Below are positions 63,785 through 64,000 of a stretch of 64,000 bases of DNA, piece after piece. Under the pieces are notes generated by a model, which saw nothing but the letters and a program-made list of their open reading frames with translations, searched no databases and had not been told where the DNA came from. Made by a program: the position numbers and the translations under genes. Within the stretch, counting starts at the first letter, position 1; each line of letters begins with the position of its first letter. Origin of the DNA: Octopus bimaculoides (Eukaryota); NCBI RefSeq assembly GCF_001194135.2, contig NC_068983.1, forward strand, positions 145,644,778 through 145,708,777, given 5' to 3'.

Positions 63785-64000
63785 CATCGTTTAACGTCCG
63801 CTTTCCATGCTAGCATGGGTTGGACGATTTGACTGAGGACTGGTGAAACCGGATGGCAACACCAGGCTCCAGTCTGATTTGGCAGAGTTTCTACAGCTGG
63901 ATGCCCTTCCTAACGCCAACCACTCAGAGAGTGTAGTGGGTGCTTTTACGTGTCACCCGCACGAAAACGGCCATGCTCGAAATGGTGTCTTTTATGTGCC
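63785..64000 (-). mobile_element. Young RTE 3' UTR, truncated by the window edge
   Basis: About 9 mismatches over about 158 nt versus 45381-45540 (counted by eye). Confidence 0.92.

Overview
AT-rich, microsatellite-dense animal genomic DNA from a draft assembly, with two N-gaps (1822-1916, 40309-40747). The repeat content suggests a coleoid cephalopod, most likely Octopus; this is inferred from recognising the repeat families, not from a database hit. One protein-coding gene is supported on the + strand. Four phase-compatible GT-AG coding exons (34969-35133, 56184-56648, 59055-59383, 61549-62092) give 501 aa of mostly low-complexity N-terminal sequence, and the gene continues past the window. 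The protein has a DHAY motif (HCF-1-binding consensus), an RRSTR basic motif, a short coiled coil and a Thr-rich tract; I cannot name it. Two short candidate 5'-UTR exons lie upstream. The rest is intron-like DNA filled with decayed RTE-clade LINE fragments and many RTE 3' tails, tRNA-derived SINEs with exchangeable tails, TTAA-flanked (piggyBac-type) and hAT-type MITEs, one CR1-like relic and a possible Penelope-like relic. Most entries in the ORF track are repeat or microsatellite artefacts. Repeat boundaries are approximate unless TIR or TSD positions are quoted. No complete novel system can be demonstrated. The best leads are an expandable hairpin cassette in the RTE 3' UTR (unit lengths 25, 66 and about 120-150 bp), a scrambled set of hammerhead-ribozyme parts at 41647-41710, and repeated antisense RTE insertion at one position of a SINE head.
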